A stretch of 44,588 nucleotides of DNA, taken from a virus. A program made the position numbers and the translations under genes. Under the pieces are notes generated by a model. That model saw nothing but the letters and a program-made list of their open reading frames with translations, was not told where the DNA came from and made no database searches. Below, piece by piece: positions 33,705 through 39,417 of the stretch; positions within the stretch are counted from its first letter, which is position 1; each line of letters starts with the position of its first letter. The stretch is from IMG/VR virus record IMGVR_UViG_3300036791_000116, positions 1 to 44,588 of that record. One strand, 5' to 3'.

Positions 33705-33743
33705 TTTGTTGGTTGTTGGTTGATTGTTGGTTGATTGTTGATG
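33705..33743 (-). repeat. iteron array B, inverted relative to array A
   Basis: The minus strand reads CAACAATCAAC x2, then CAACAACCAAC, with an 11-bp period. Confidence 0.8.
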
Positions 33744-33845
33744 AAGTAGGTAGATGGGCGAAATGTCGGTTGCTTGGGAACATTCCGTGCCTTGCGGCGA
33801 GGTATGTTCCCAGCCCGGATGAATGATGGGACGCACGCCGCGTGA

Positions 33846-33904
33846 TCGATGGGGGCGATAGGCGATAAGCGATAGGTCGATAGGCGAGGGCGATGGGCGA
33901 TAGG
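33846..33904 (+). repeat. tandem array of about seven 7-8-bp CGATRGG units
   Basis: CGATGGGGG CGATAGG CGATAAG CGATAGGT CGATAGG CGAGGG CGATGGG CGATAGG. Confidence 0.8.
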
Positions 33905-33968
33905 CTCTAGAATGCGCTAGGAAGGCCGCTGGCGCGCTTTCGTGGGTCGGCCGCTAGGGTGGTAGCCT

Positions 33969-33981
33969 GTTTGACTCAAAC
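33969..33981. repeat. 13-bp dyad motif copy
   Basis: GTTTGACTCAAAC, 70 nt upstream of the P1 -35. Confidence 0.9.
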
Positions 33982-34050
33982 GCACGTGCGGCCATTTGTG
34001 GGCTTCCTAGAGGCTATTGCGGCAGGATGGACGCACATTGAAAAAATCGG

Positions 34051-34078
34051 TTGACCGACATGGGGAAGTCGCTATGTT
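34051..34078 (+). promoter_or_regulatory. rightward promoter P1 (sigma70-like)
   Basis: TTGACC (34051-34056), 16-nt spacer, TATGTT (34073-34078). A-tract TTGAAAAAATCGG immediately upstream. Confidence 0.5.
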
Positions 34079-34103
34079 GGCGATATCGAATCGATAGGGA
34101 GGT

Positions 34104-34127
34104 TGATTGCTGATGGATTGCTGATGG
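34104..34127 (+). repeat. 12-bp tandem duplication
   Basis: TGATTGCTGATGG / GGATTGCTGATGG. Confidence 0.7.
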
Positions 34128-34483
34128 GTCGCGGGGCCGCTTAGTCCCTCGCACGCGGGTCTTGCCAATGCCACCCGCTCGAAGCCGGAACCGAGAACCG
34201 GCAGGCAACCATAGTGGCGCCCAACGTTCCATTCGGGACGCCTGTTAGGGTAGTGTTACGCGTGATGGCGGACATGAGAGTAGCAGGCGCGGTGAACGTG
34301 ACTTAGCTCGAACCATCAGGGTAGGCAAAAGCTTGCGCGTTAGTGCGGCGCGCTAGTGAGTAGCCTGTAAGTCCTGGAACGGCATTGTTGTTAGCTGGAG
34401 GTTGTAGGGAAAATGAGAACGGCTCATTCGGGCTTAATTGCTCGCAATGGCCATGCAAAAGACAATCAATGGAGTGCAGAACT

Positions 34484-34807
34484 ATGACAGATAGAGAAAA
34501 GGCAAAGGTGGCGCTTGCCGCAATTGCGGATATTGTTGTCGAGACGTTAGAAGAGGCACGACATACGGCGCTTGGCGGAATACCCGCTGGGCATTTGTAC
34601 GCAATGCTTATGGGTGTCATGTCACTATCGACGTTTCAGGCGATCATGAACGGCTTAGTTGTCTCTGGTAAGGTGACCAAAGACGGGCTGGTCTATCGTG
34701 TTGGCGACGCCATTTGCGGGCGTCGCAAAGACGGAACTAATCCGCGCGCTATGGGAACCAATCCGCGCGCTGTGGGGACTAATCCCAGAGCGGACGGAGA
34801 CAGGTAG
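34484..34807 (+). CDS. small winged-helix-like protein with a C-terminal 3x GTNPRA repeat (107 aa)
   Basis: Listed as 34385..34807. ATG 34484 is preferred because a GGAGTGCA box (34471-34478) lies 5 nt upstream. IPAGHLYAMLMG-MSLSTFQAIMNGLVVSGKV resembles a wHTH. Confidence 0.6.
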   Translation: MTDREKAKVALAAIADIVVETLEEARHTALGGIPAGHLYAMLMGVMSLSTFQAIMNGLVVSGKVTKDGLVYRVGDAICGRRKDGTNPRAMGTNPRAVGTNPRADGDR

Positions 34808-34924
34808 ATGGAAAACTGTTGGTTTGCGCCGCAGTACTGCGATATCGGTACCTATAGCAACTTTCCACTTGTGGTGATCGCGGTGCTGATCTGTTTCGCA
34901 ATGCTATGTGTTGGAACTGACTAA
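34808..34924 (+). CDS. small membrane protein (38 aa), hypothetical
   Basis: Below the ORF-track cutoff; translated by hand as MENCWFAPQYCDIGTYSNFPLVVIAVLICFAMLCVGTD. TAG-ATG abutment. One hydrophobic helix. Confidence 0.4.
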   Translation: MENCWFAPQYCDIGTYSNFPLVVIAVLICFAMLCVGTD

Positions 34925-35000
34925 AACTTAACCTTGCATGGTCATCGCGGGCAATTAGGCCCCTCGACACAATCAAGTGTCGGGACAATGGAGTGCTAAA

Positions 35001-35453
35001 ATGTTGCAAGTGCGAAAAGTGGTGCTTCCCGTCGTGTATCTGGCGGCTACTGTTGCCAGCGTTTACTTCCCGCCTTCCGTTTTTGCGCAGACTGTCCCAG
35101 TCATCCCGGGAGTGCAGGCCGCGCAAGAGGGAGCCGCGAATAACCCGCCAACGTGGCAGGCTATGTGCGGCTATAAGTGGCGTCAGTATCGTCAGGCTAC
35201 GGGTGCGAGCGGTCGCGATGCTTACGTTGCGTTCCAACGCACGCCGTCGAAGGATGGCGGTTGTGGTGCGGACGAAACGACGGCCACGCGCAAGCCGACG
35301 GCCAAGCCGAACGATGACCGCATCAAGGCGTACATCGATCAGCTTGGCACAAAGGTTCCGGGCGTGCCGGAGCCCCAGGCGTCCCCGGACGTGCATGGCG
35401 AACTGCCGCAGACGTGGCAGGATGCGCGGCGCGGCGGCGGGCGTCACGGCTAA
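35001..35453 (+). CDS. secreted early protein (150 aa)
   Basis: Listed as 34977..35453. ATG 35001 lies 3 nt after a GGAGTGCT box. Signal peptide MLQVRKVVLPVVYLAATVASVYFPPSVFAQ. The antisense ORF 34779..35576 is rejected. Confidence 0.6.
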   Translation: MLQVRKVVLPVVYLAATVASVYFPPSVFAQTVPVIPGVQAAQEGAANNPPTWQAMCGYKWRQYRQATGASGRDAYVAFQRTPSKDGGCGADETTATRKPTAKPNDDRIKAYIDQLGTKVPGVPEPQASPDVHGELPQTWQDARRGGGRHG

Positions 35454-35461
35454 ACGGTGAT

Positions 35462-35527
35462 GGCTTCCCTCGCCAAAGGGAAAGCCGGTGCGATAGACCG
35501 GAGCGGCGTGCGGTATGCACGCCGCTC
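35462..35527 (+). terminator. two tandem hairpins after the secreted-protein gene (putative terminator region)
   Basis: First hairpin 35462-35486: 8-bp stem with one bulge. Second hairpin 35501-35527: GAGCGGCGTGC-GGTAT-GCACGCCGCTC, 11-bp perfect stem. The T-tract is weak. Confidence 0.5.
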
Positions 35528-35551
35528 TAGCCTGTTGCATGTGTGGCAGGG

Positions 35552-35568
35552 TGCGACAATATGTCGCA
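35552..35568. promoter_or_regulatory. 17-bp palindromic operator, copy 2
   Basis: TGCGACA-ATA-TGTCGCA, abutting the -35 of P2. Confidence 0.75.
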
Positions 35569-35569
35569 G

Positions 35570-35598
35570 TTGACAAAACTGTGACAGTGTGGCATAAT
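35570..35598 (+). promoter_or_regulatory. rightward promoter P2 (sigma70-like)
   Basis: TTGACA (35570-35575), 17-nt spacer, CATAAT (35593-35598). The operator ends 1 nt upstream of the -35. Confidence 0.75.
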
Positions 35599-35640
35599 GG
35601 TAACAGCTAGCATTTCGCTAGCAATCTGGAGGAATAAGAC

Positions 35641-36711
35641 ATGGCGATTAAGTTCCGTTTGAGTCAAACAGTGAGTAAACCGGCCCTTGTCGCGGGTCGG
35701 AAGGCGGTTCCCGCAAGGGCTCCGGCTGCGGTGGTCAAGGCTCCGCCGAAGGGTAGGGCTGAGACTGCGGCGGAGAAGGCCGCAAACGAGACTACCGGCG
35801 GTCTGGTGCCGATTAAGAAGTCGGCCTTGTCGCTGGACGTTGGTCCTCGCGTCATCCACGCGCTCTTTGCTAACTCGGAGCGTTTGGACGCGATCACCGA
35901 GGAGATGCACATACTCAAAAAGAGTTATGCGCAGTTGTCGGAACTAACCGCTGCCATTACCAAGGCGGCGAAGGCCGATACCTCTATCGACCTTACTTCC
36001 GCGTTCTCTGGGGAGGTTAAGCAGATCGCCAAGTTGAATAACCAGCTTGGCATTGCGCTTGGCTTCCGCGTGGTGCGGAAGGGTGAGCCTGACAAGAGCG
36101 GCGTTGCCTATGACGCCGTGGTGACCAGTGAGAGCGTCGCTGATTGCTTCCCCATGCCTGGGGAGGACAAGAAGCTGCCCGCGATCCGGCGGAAAGAAAC
36201 CTTCCGCAGCAACTTCATGACACAACTTAAGAAGTGTGCCATGGCCGCGCACGCGATCATCGAGAACGATATCGATGCGCGGTTCGACACCAAGGCTGGC
36301 ACGTTGCTGATCTCAGGACCGGCCGTTCGTAAGCATTTCGGGCAAGAGCGAGTTTTGCTCGATGAGCGGAAAACGGTCGGGAGTGGCGACGCCAAGGTGG
36401 AGTTGAGCGAGAAGCCCAGCTTCACGGCGCTTGCCAATATCGGCGCGGCGTCGCAAGGTGTCGCGCCAGCGGTGGCTGGCTCCGGTGGAGCGCAGCACCG
36501 TGGCAACAACCCAGGAACCGTTGGCGGTACGCAAGCCGTCGCGGCAACGAAAGCTGCCGAGGTTACGGGCAAGGAGAGCATCGACGCGGCGATCCTGACT
36601 ATCTGCAAGGCGCTGCGGACGACGCTGGAAAAGGCCAAGGAACTGAGCAAGAACGCCATTGCGGCTCTTGAAGAGACAAAGAACGCAATTGACGTGCGGC
36701 TCACGAACTGA
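35641..36711 (+). CDS. early protein of unknown function (356 aa) with an Ala/Lys/Pro-rich N-terminal tail
   Basis: Driven by promoter TTGACA-17-CATAAT (35570-35598). GGAGG lies 8 nt upstream of the ATG. Motif copy at codons 6-10. Confidence 0.75.
   Translation: MAIKFRLSQTVSKPALVAGRKAVPARAPAAVVKAPPKGRAETAAEKAANETTGGLVPIKKSALSLDVGPRVIHALFANSERLDAITEEMHILKKSYAQLSELTAAITKAAKADTSIDLTSAFSGEVKQIAKLNNQLGIALGFRVVRKGEPDKSGVAYDAVVTSESVADCFPMPGEDKKLPAIRRKETFRSNFMTQLKKCAMAAHAIIENDIDARFDTKAGTLLISGPAVRKHFGQERVLLDERKTVGSGDAKVELSEKPSFTALANIGAASQGVAPAVAGSGGAQHRGNNPGTVGGTQAVAATKAAEVTGKESIDAAILTICKALRTTLEKAKELSKNAIAALEETKNAIDVRLTN
35657..35669. repeat. 13-bp dyad motif copy
   Basis: GTTTGAGTCAAAC, codons 6-10 of the 35641 gene (RLSQT). 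Confidence 0.9.
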
Positions 36712-36722
36712 TACAGAAAAGG

Positions 36723-36750
36723 CCCGGTGCGGTTTAGGAGCCGCACCGGG
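36723..36750 (+). terminator. GC-rich hairpin after 35641..36711
   Basis: CCCGGTGCGG (36723-36732) pairs with CCGCACCGGG (36741-36750). Only TGTTT follows. The 13-bp motif starts 4 nt downstream. Confidence 0.45.
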
Positions 36751-36753
36751 GCT

Positions 36754-36766
36754 GTTTGACTCACAC
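36754..36766. repeat. 13-bp dyad motif copy
   Basis: GTTTGACTCACAC, after hairpin 36723-36750 and before the GGAGTGCA box. Confidence 0.9.
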
Positions 36767-36784
36767 ACAATGGAGTGCAAAAAG

Positions 36785-36982
36785 ATGAGCGTAGATGGTC
36801 TATCTAAGCTGGATTTGCAGTTTTGCATATCCGGCATGAAGCGGACAAAGCATTACAGACTGGCGCTTGCCGAGTACAATCTCCTGCTTTCTATCCTCGG
36901 CAATGTCGAAGGTGATGATATTGTCGCGTTGGCTCTGGTCGCTGGTTACAACACAATCGATGAGGCCCAAATGGGCAAGTAG
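36785..36982 (+). CDS. hypothetical protein (65 aa)
   Basis: Listed as 36659..36982. ATG 36785 lies 5 nt after GGAGTGCA (36772-36779). Followed by a strong terminator. Confidence 0.6.
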   Translation: MSVDGLSKLDLQFCISGMKRTKHYRLALAEYNLLLSILGNVEGDDIVALALVAGYNTIDEAQMGK

Positions 36983-36986
36983 CGTA

Positions 36987-37023
36987 GACCCAGGCGTGGA
37001 GCGAGCGCCTGGGTCTTTTTTTT
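36987..37023 (+). terminator. rho-independent terminator
   Basis: GACCCAGGCG (36987-36996) pairs with CGCCTGGGTC (37006-37015). Followed by T8 (37016-37023). Confidence 0.85.
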
Positions 37024-37035
37024 GCCTTGCCGCAC

Positions 37036-37055
37036 CAACTTGGTCAGGGTCACGA
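37036..37055 (+). repeat. 20-bp direct repeat 1 of 3 upstream of P3
   Basis: CAACTTGGTCAGGGTCACGA. Confidence 0.85.
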
Positions 37056-37063
37056 GGGCGAAG

Positions 37064-37083
37064 CAACTTGGTCAGGGTCACGA
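37064..37083 (+). repeat. 20-bp direct repeat 2 of 3
   Basis: CAACTTGGTCAGGGTCACGA, identical to copy 1 and 28 bp downstream of it. Confidence 0.85.
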
Positions 37084-37099
37084 CATGGACGCGAAATCG

Positions 37100-37119
37100 C
37101 AAGCTGGTCAGGGTCACGG
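37100..37119 (+). repeat. 20-bp direct repeat 3 of 3
   Basis: CAAGCTGGTCAGGGTCACGG (17/20 match to copies 1 and 2). Ends 1 nt before operator copy 3. Confidence 0.8.
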
Positions 37120-37120
37120 G

Positions 37121-37137
37121 TGCGACAATTTGTCGCA
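37121..37137. promoter_or_regulatory. 17-bp palindromic operator, copy 3
   Basis: TGCGACA-ATT-TGTCGCA, 10 nt upstream of the -35 of P3. Confidence 0.75.
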
Positions 37138-37147
37138 GGCGACCCTA

Positions 37148-37176
37148 TTGACAGTGTGCTATCATTATGATATAAT
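37148..37176 (+). promoter_or_regulatory. rightward promoter P3 (perfect sigma70 consensus)
   Basis: TTGACA (37148-37153), 17-nt spacer, TATAAT (37171-37176). Confidence 0.8.
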
Positions 37177-37246
37177 TATCTGTTTTGCTGGTAATTTGGA
37201 TGGTAGACGGCGAAAAACCTTGAGGCTGCGGACGGGAGCGGCCGCA

Positions 37247-37259
37247 GTTTGAGTCACAC
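37247..37259. repeat. 13-bp dyad motif copy
   Basis: GTTTGAGTCACAC, in the leader of the P3 transcript. Confidence 0.9.
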
Positions 37260-37281
37260 AGAGGTAAGAGGAGTGCAGAAT

Positions 37282-37512
37282 ATGGATAGAGCAAGGTACG
37301 AGATGCTGGCGCAAGTTGTCAACGTAATGACAAAGGCCCGCGCTGAACTTGAGAATGATAACTTGAAGCCATTACGCGAGCTTATCAGATCGAAGGGCTT
37401 CGAGATCAACAGTAGGGATTTCAGAAGGTGTGTAACTGTTGCGCGTGCTATTGTGTCCAATATGGCCACGCTGGTAATCCCGAGGCAGCACGTTAGCGAC
37501 AGCATACACTAG
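37282..37512 (+). CDS. hypothetical protein (76 aa)
   Basis: Listed as 37249..37512. ATG 37282 lies 4 nt after GGAGTGCA (37270-37277). First gene after consensus promoter P3. Confidence 0.6.
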   Translation: MDRARYEMLAQVVNVMTKARAELENDNLKPLRELIRSKGFEINSRDFRRCVTVARAIVSNMATLVIPRQHVSDSIH

Positions 37513-37525
37513 AGGAGTGCAAAAC

Positions 37526-37813
37526 ATGGCCAAGAGCTTTAAGGAGAAGTTTGATATGAGCGTTGAGAATGAAGACCACATTCGGTATCTGGCTGGCGTC
37601 CATACGACGATGACGGCGCTGGAGTTGACGATCGACGAGTACGGATTGCCGAAGGTGATCGATATGCTGACGGACATATGCCACGGTAAGGCAAATCATG
37701 TCCGTGAGTACGGGGCCGATCCAGAGGCGGCGAAGCATTGGGATAGCATTGCAGAGCGGCTCTCGAAGATGGGCGGTAGTTTGACTCAAACCGAAGCGGA
37801 GTGCAGCGAATGA
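37526..37813 (+). CDS. hypothetical protein (95 aa)
   Basis: ATG 37526 lies 4 nt after GGAGTGCA (37514-37521). Confidence 0.6.
   Translation: MAKSFKEKFDMSVENEDHIRYLAGVHTTMTALELTIDEYGLPKVIDMLTDICHGKANHVREYGADPEAAKHWDSIAERLSKMGGSLTQTEAECSE
37779..37791. repeat. 13-bp dyad motif copy
   Basis: GTTTGACTCAAAC, in the 3' end of the 37526 gene (SLTQT), upstream of the next SD. Confidence 0.9.
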
Positions 37814-38046
37814 GCAATGAGTTTTCGGTGTATCAGTTCTTTCCGGATGGCCAGTACGAAAGGCTTGAGCGTATGGTGAGTGCCGAGAAGGCTATGGAAG
37901 TAGCAAAGAGCTACACAATGCCGACGAGGCCGGCGGTCAAGCTGGGCATTATCATGCGCGTCATCGTTACGGACGGTGCTGACCTTACGGTGTTCGATTG
38001 GAAGAACGGCGGGGGCGTAGTGTTCCCGCCAGACAAAGAGGAGTAA
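37810..38046 (+). CDS. hypothetical protein (78 aa)
   Basis: ATGA overlap. GGAGTGCA box at 37798-37805. Confidence 0.6.
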   Translation: MSNEFSVYQFFPDGQYERLERMVSAEKAMEVAKSYTMPTRPAVKLGIIMRVIVTDGADLTVFDWKNGGGVVFPPDKEE

Positions 38047-38051
38047 CGAAA

Positions 38052-38354
38052 GTGCGTCACGAGCGAGAAGCGTTTATCCTCTGCCCTGTATGTGAGGGCA
38101 GAGGAACTACCGTTGATCCGGCAATAGATGCGCACGGACTGACGCGAGCAGACTTCGCAGAAGACCCGGAGTTTGAGCGTGACTACTTTGGCGGCATGTA
38201 CGATATCGAGTGTCGGGCGTGCAAGGGTAAGCGTGTTGTGCCAAAGAGCTACCTGCGCGTGCTGGAGCGTCATGCCGAGGAGCGCGAGCAGGCAGCGCAA
38301 GAGAGCGGAGATTGGGAAGAGTATCGAGGCGCTAGGGACTGGCGATACGGGTAG
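38052..38354 (+). CDS. zinc-finger protein (about 100 aa, two CxxCxGxG-type motifs)
   Basis: Frame of ORF 37998..38354. GTG 38052 follows AGAGGAG plus 8 nt. CPVCEGRGT and CRACKGKRV motifs, as in DnaJ-type zinc fingers. Confidence 0.55.
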   Translation: MRHEREAFILCPVCEGRGTTVDPAIDAHGLTRADFAEDPEFERDYFGGMYDIECRACKGKRVVPKSYLRVLERHAEEREQAAQESGDWEEYRGARDWRYG

Positions 38355-38355
38355 T

Positions 38356-38368
38356 GTGTGAGTCAAAT
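38356..38368. repeat. 13-bp dyad motif copy (1 mismatch)
   Basis: GTGTGAGTCAAAT, 1 nt after the stop at 38354. Confidence 0.8.
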
Positions 38369-38408
38369 GCATCCTCGCGAAAGCGGGGACCAGATAGGAG
38401 TGCAAAAC

Positions 38409-38750
38409 ATGGTCATATATCCATACACAGAGAAGGCTGCTCGTGAGAAGCAGCGCACAGACCGCGAGAGTGCAGTGAACCTCGCGGGTATCCAATTCGA
38501 GATGCTGGCAAGGAACTATGAGCGGCGGCATAGCGTGTCGCACGACTTGTTCCACCGGATTGTGCAGTCGATGCTCAAGATCGGAGCGCATCTCAAGCTG
38601 ACACAGGACCGCATGGAAAGCCTTGAGAAGAAACTGTTTGGGGCTGGCATGGGCGACGAGTTCACAGTGAATAGGGACGGAGATGGCAAGCGGATTTACA
38701 TCGAGGGCCACTTCGATATGGAAAAGCTGCGAAAGGAACTGCTATGGTGA
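38409..38750 (+). CDS. hypothetical protein (113 aa)
   Basis: Listed as 38358..38750. ATG 38409 lies 4 nt after GGAGTGCA (38397-38404). Confidence 0.6.
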   Translation: MVIYPYTEKAAREKQRTDRESAVNLAGIQFEMLARNYERRHSVSHDLFHRIVQSMLKIGAHLKLTQDRMESLEKKLFGAGMGDEFTVNRDGDGKRIYIEGHFDMEKLRKELLW

Positions 38751-38926
38751 GAAGAACAGAATGCACATGCGGGTCGAAAGAGTATCCGACTGCGCAGTAT
38801 GACGGTCATGGCATATTCATGACGTACACATGCTCGAAGTGCGAGGCTAAGAAGTTGGCGCAGTTTCGGCCGGACATATTCGAGAAGTACAAGACAGACG
38901 AGCCGATCGAGGAGGATGAACGATGA
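38744..38926 (+). CDS. small Cys-rich (CxC...CxxC) protein (60 aa)
   Basis: 7-nt overlap with the upstream gene. TECTCGS...YTCSKCE. Confidence 0.5.
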   Translation: MVRRTECTCGSKEYPTAQYDGHGIFMTYTCSKCEAKKLAQFRPDIFEKYKTDEPIEEDER

Positions 38927-39219
38927 CAGTTGTCGAGAACTGTCCAAAATGCGGCGGCACGCATTTTGGATCCTATACATGCCCAATTGTGAGGACGACC
39001 ATGAAGCTAAGTGAGCTAAAGGCCGGAGATGTCCTGATCGCTGACGATGGATTTACGTGTTTGCGCGCAGGGCCACACACTGTCGAGGCTTCGGAAAACG
39101 GCCTGTTTATCAAATGCGATGTTGGTAGGCATTTCCTCACCGCGCAGGAAGATCGTGAGACTGGAGAACTTGTAGGGTTTTCGTTTGACTCACACAAGCC
39201 TGGACAGGAGCCGAAATGA
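38923..39219 (+). CDS. hypothetical protein with an N-terminal CxxC...C motif (98 aa)
   Basis: ATGA overlap. The 3' end carries a motif copy in frame (FDSH). Confidence 0.6.
   Translation: MTVVENCPKCGGTHFGSYTCPIVRTTMKLSELKAGDVLIADDGFTCLRAGPHTVEASENGLFIKCDVGRHFLTAQEDRETGELVGFSFDSHKPGQEPK
39183..39195. repeat. 13-bp dyad motif copy
   Basis: GTTTGACTCACAC, in the 3' end of the 38923 gene (FDSH), upstream of the SD of 39216. Confidence 0.9.
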
Positions 39220-39416
39220 ATAAGTCATGGTCAAAGAAAGTATCGGCGGAGCCTGTGAAATGGTATAGCGTCACCGTAAGCCGTATCGGTGATCCTGATG
39301 GCCTGATGGTCATAGAGATTAAGGGCAGAGGCCAGCAAGACGCAGCAATGAAGCTGGCCGACGTGTTGCGTATCCAGGCGGTACACGTAATCGCGAACAC
39401 ATGGCAGGAGTTGTGA
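39216..39416 (+). CDS. hypothetical protein (66 aa)
   Basis: ATGA overlap. GGACAGGAG SD. Confidence 0.55.
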   Translation: MNKSWSKKVSAEPVKWYSVTVSRIGDPDGLMVIEIKGRGQQDAAMKLADVLRIQAVHVIANTWQEL

Positions 39417-39417
39417 C

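Noticed and set aside
33455-33904. Whether the short tandem arrays could be a CRISPR array.
   Set aside because: The units are 7-11 bp and directly abutting, with no spacers. There are no cas genes. These are iteron-type repeats.
34285-34325. A possible tRNA T-arm (GGTTCGAGC on the minus strand).
   Set aside because: The flanking bases cannot form the T-stem, and no acceptor or anticodon arms can be drawn. It is not a tRNA.
34779-35576. 265-aa minus-strand ORF overlapping the early region.
   Set aside because: The translation is Arg-rich. It is antisense to a gene with a GGAGTGCT box and a signal peptide, and it runs through the operator and -35 of P2. No SD is present.
36108-36837. Minus-strand ORFs 36108..36770 (220 aa) and 36313..36837 (174 aa).
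   Set aside because: They are antisense to 35641..36711, which has its own promoter, SD and terminator. They cross a hairpin and a motif copy. This is typical GC-rich antisense read-through.
37911-38711. 266-aa minus-strand ORF; also 40432..41256 (274 aa) and 15870..16694 (274 aa, alternative frame).
   Set aside because: Each is antisense to, or out of frame with, tightly coupled small genes that carry conserved start boxes. The composition is low-complexity.
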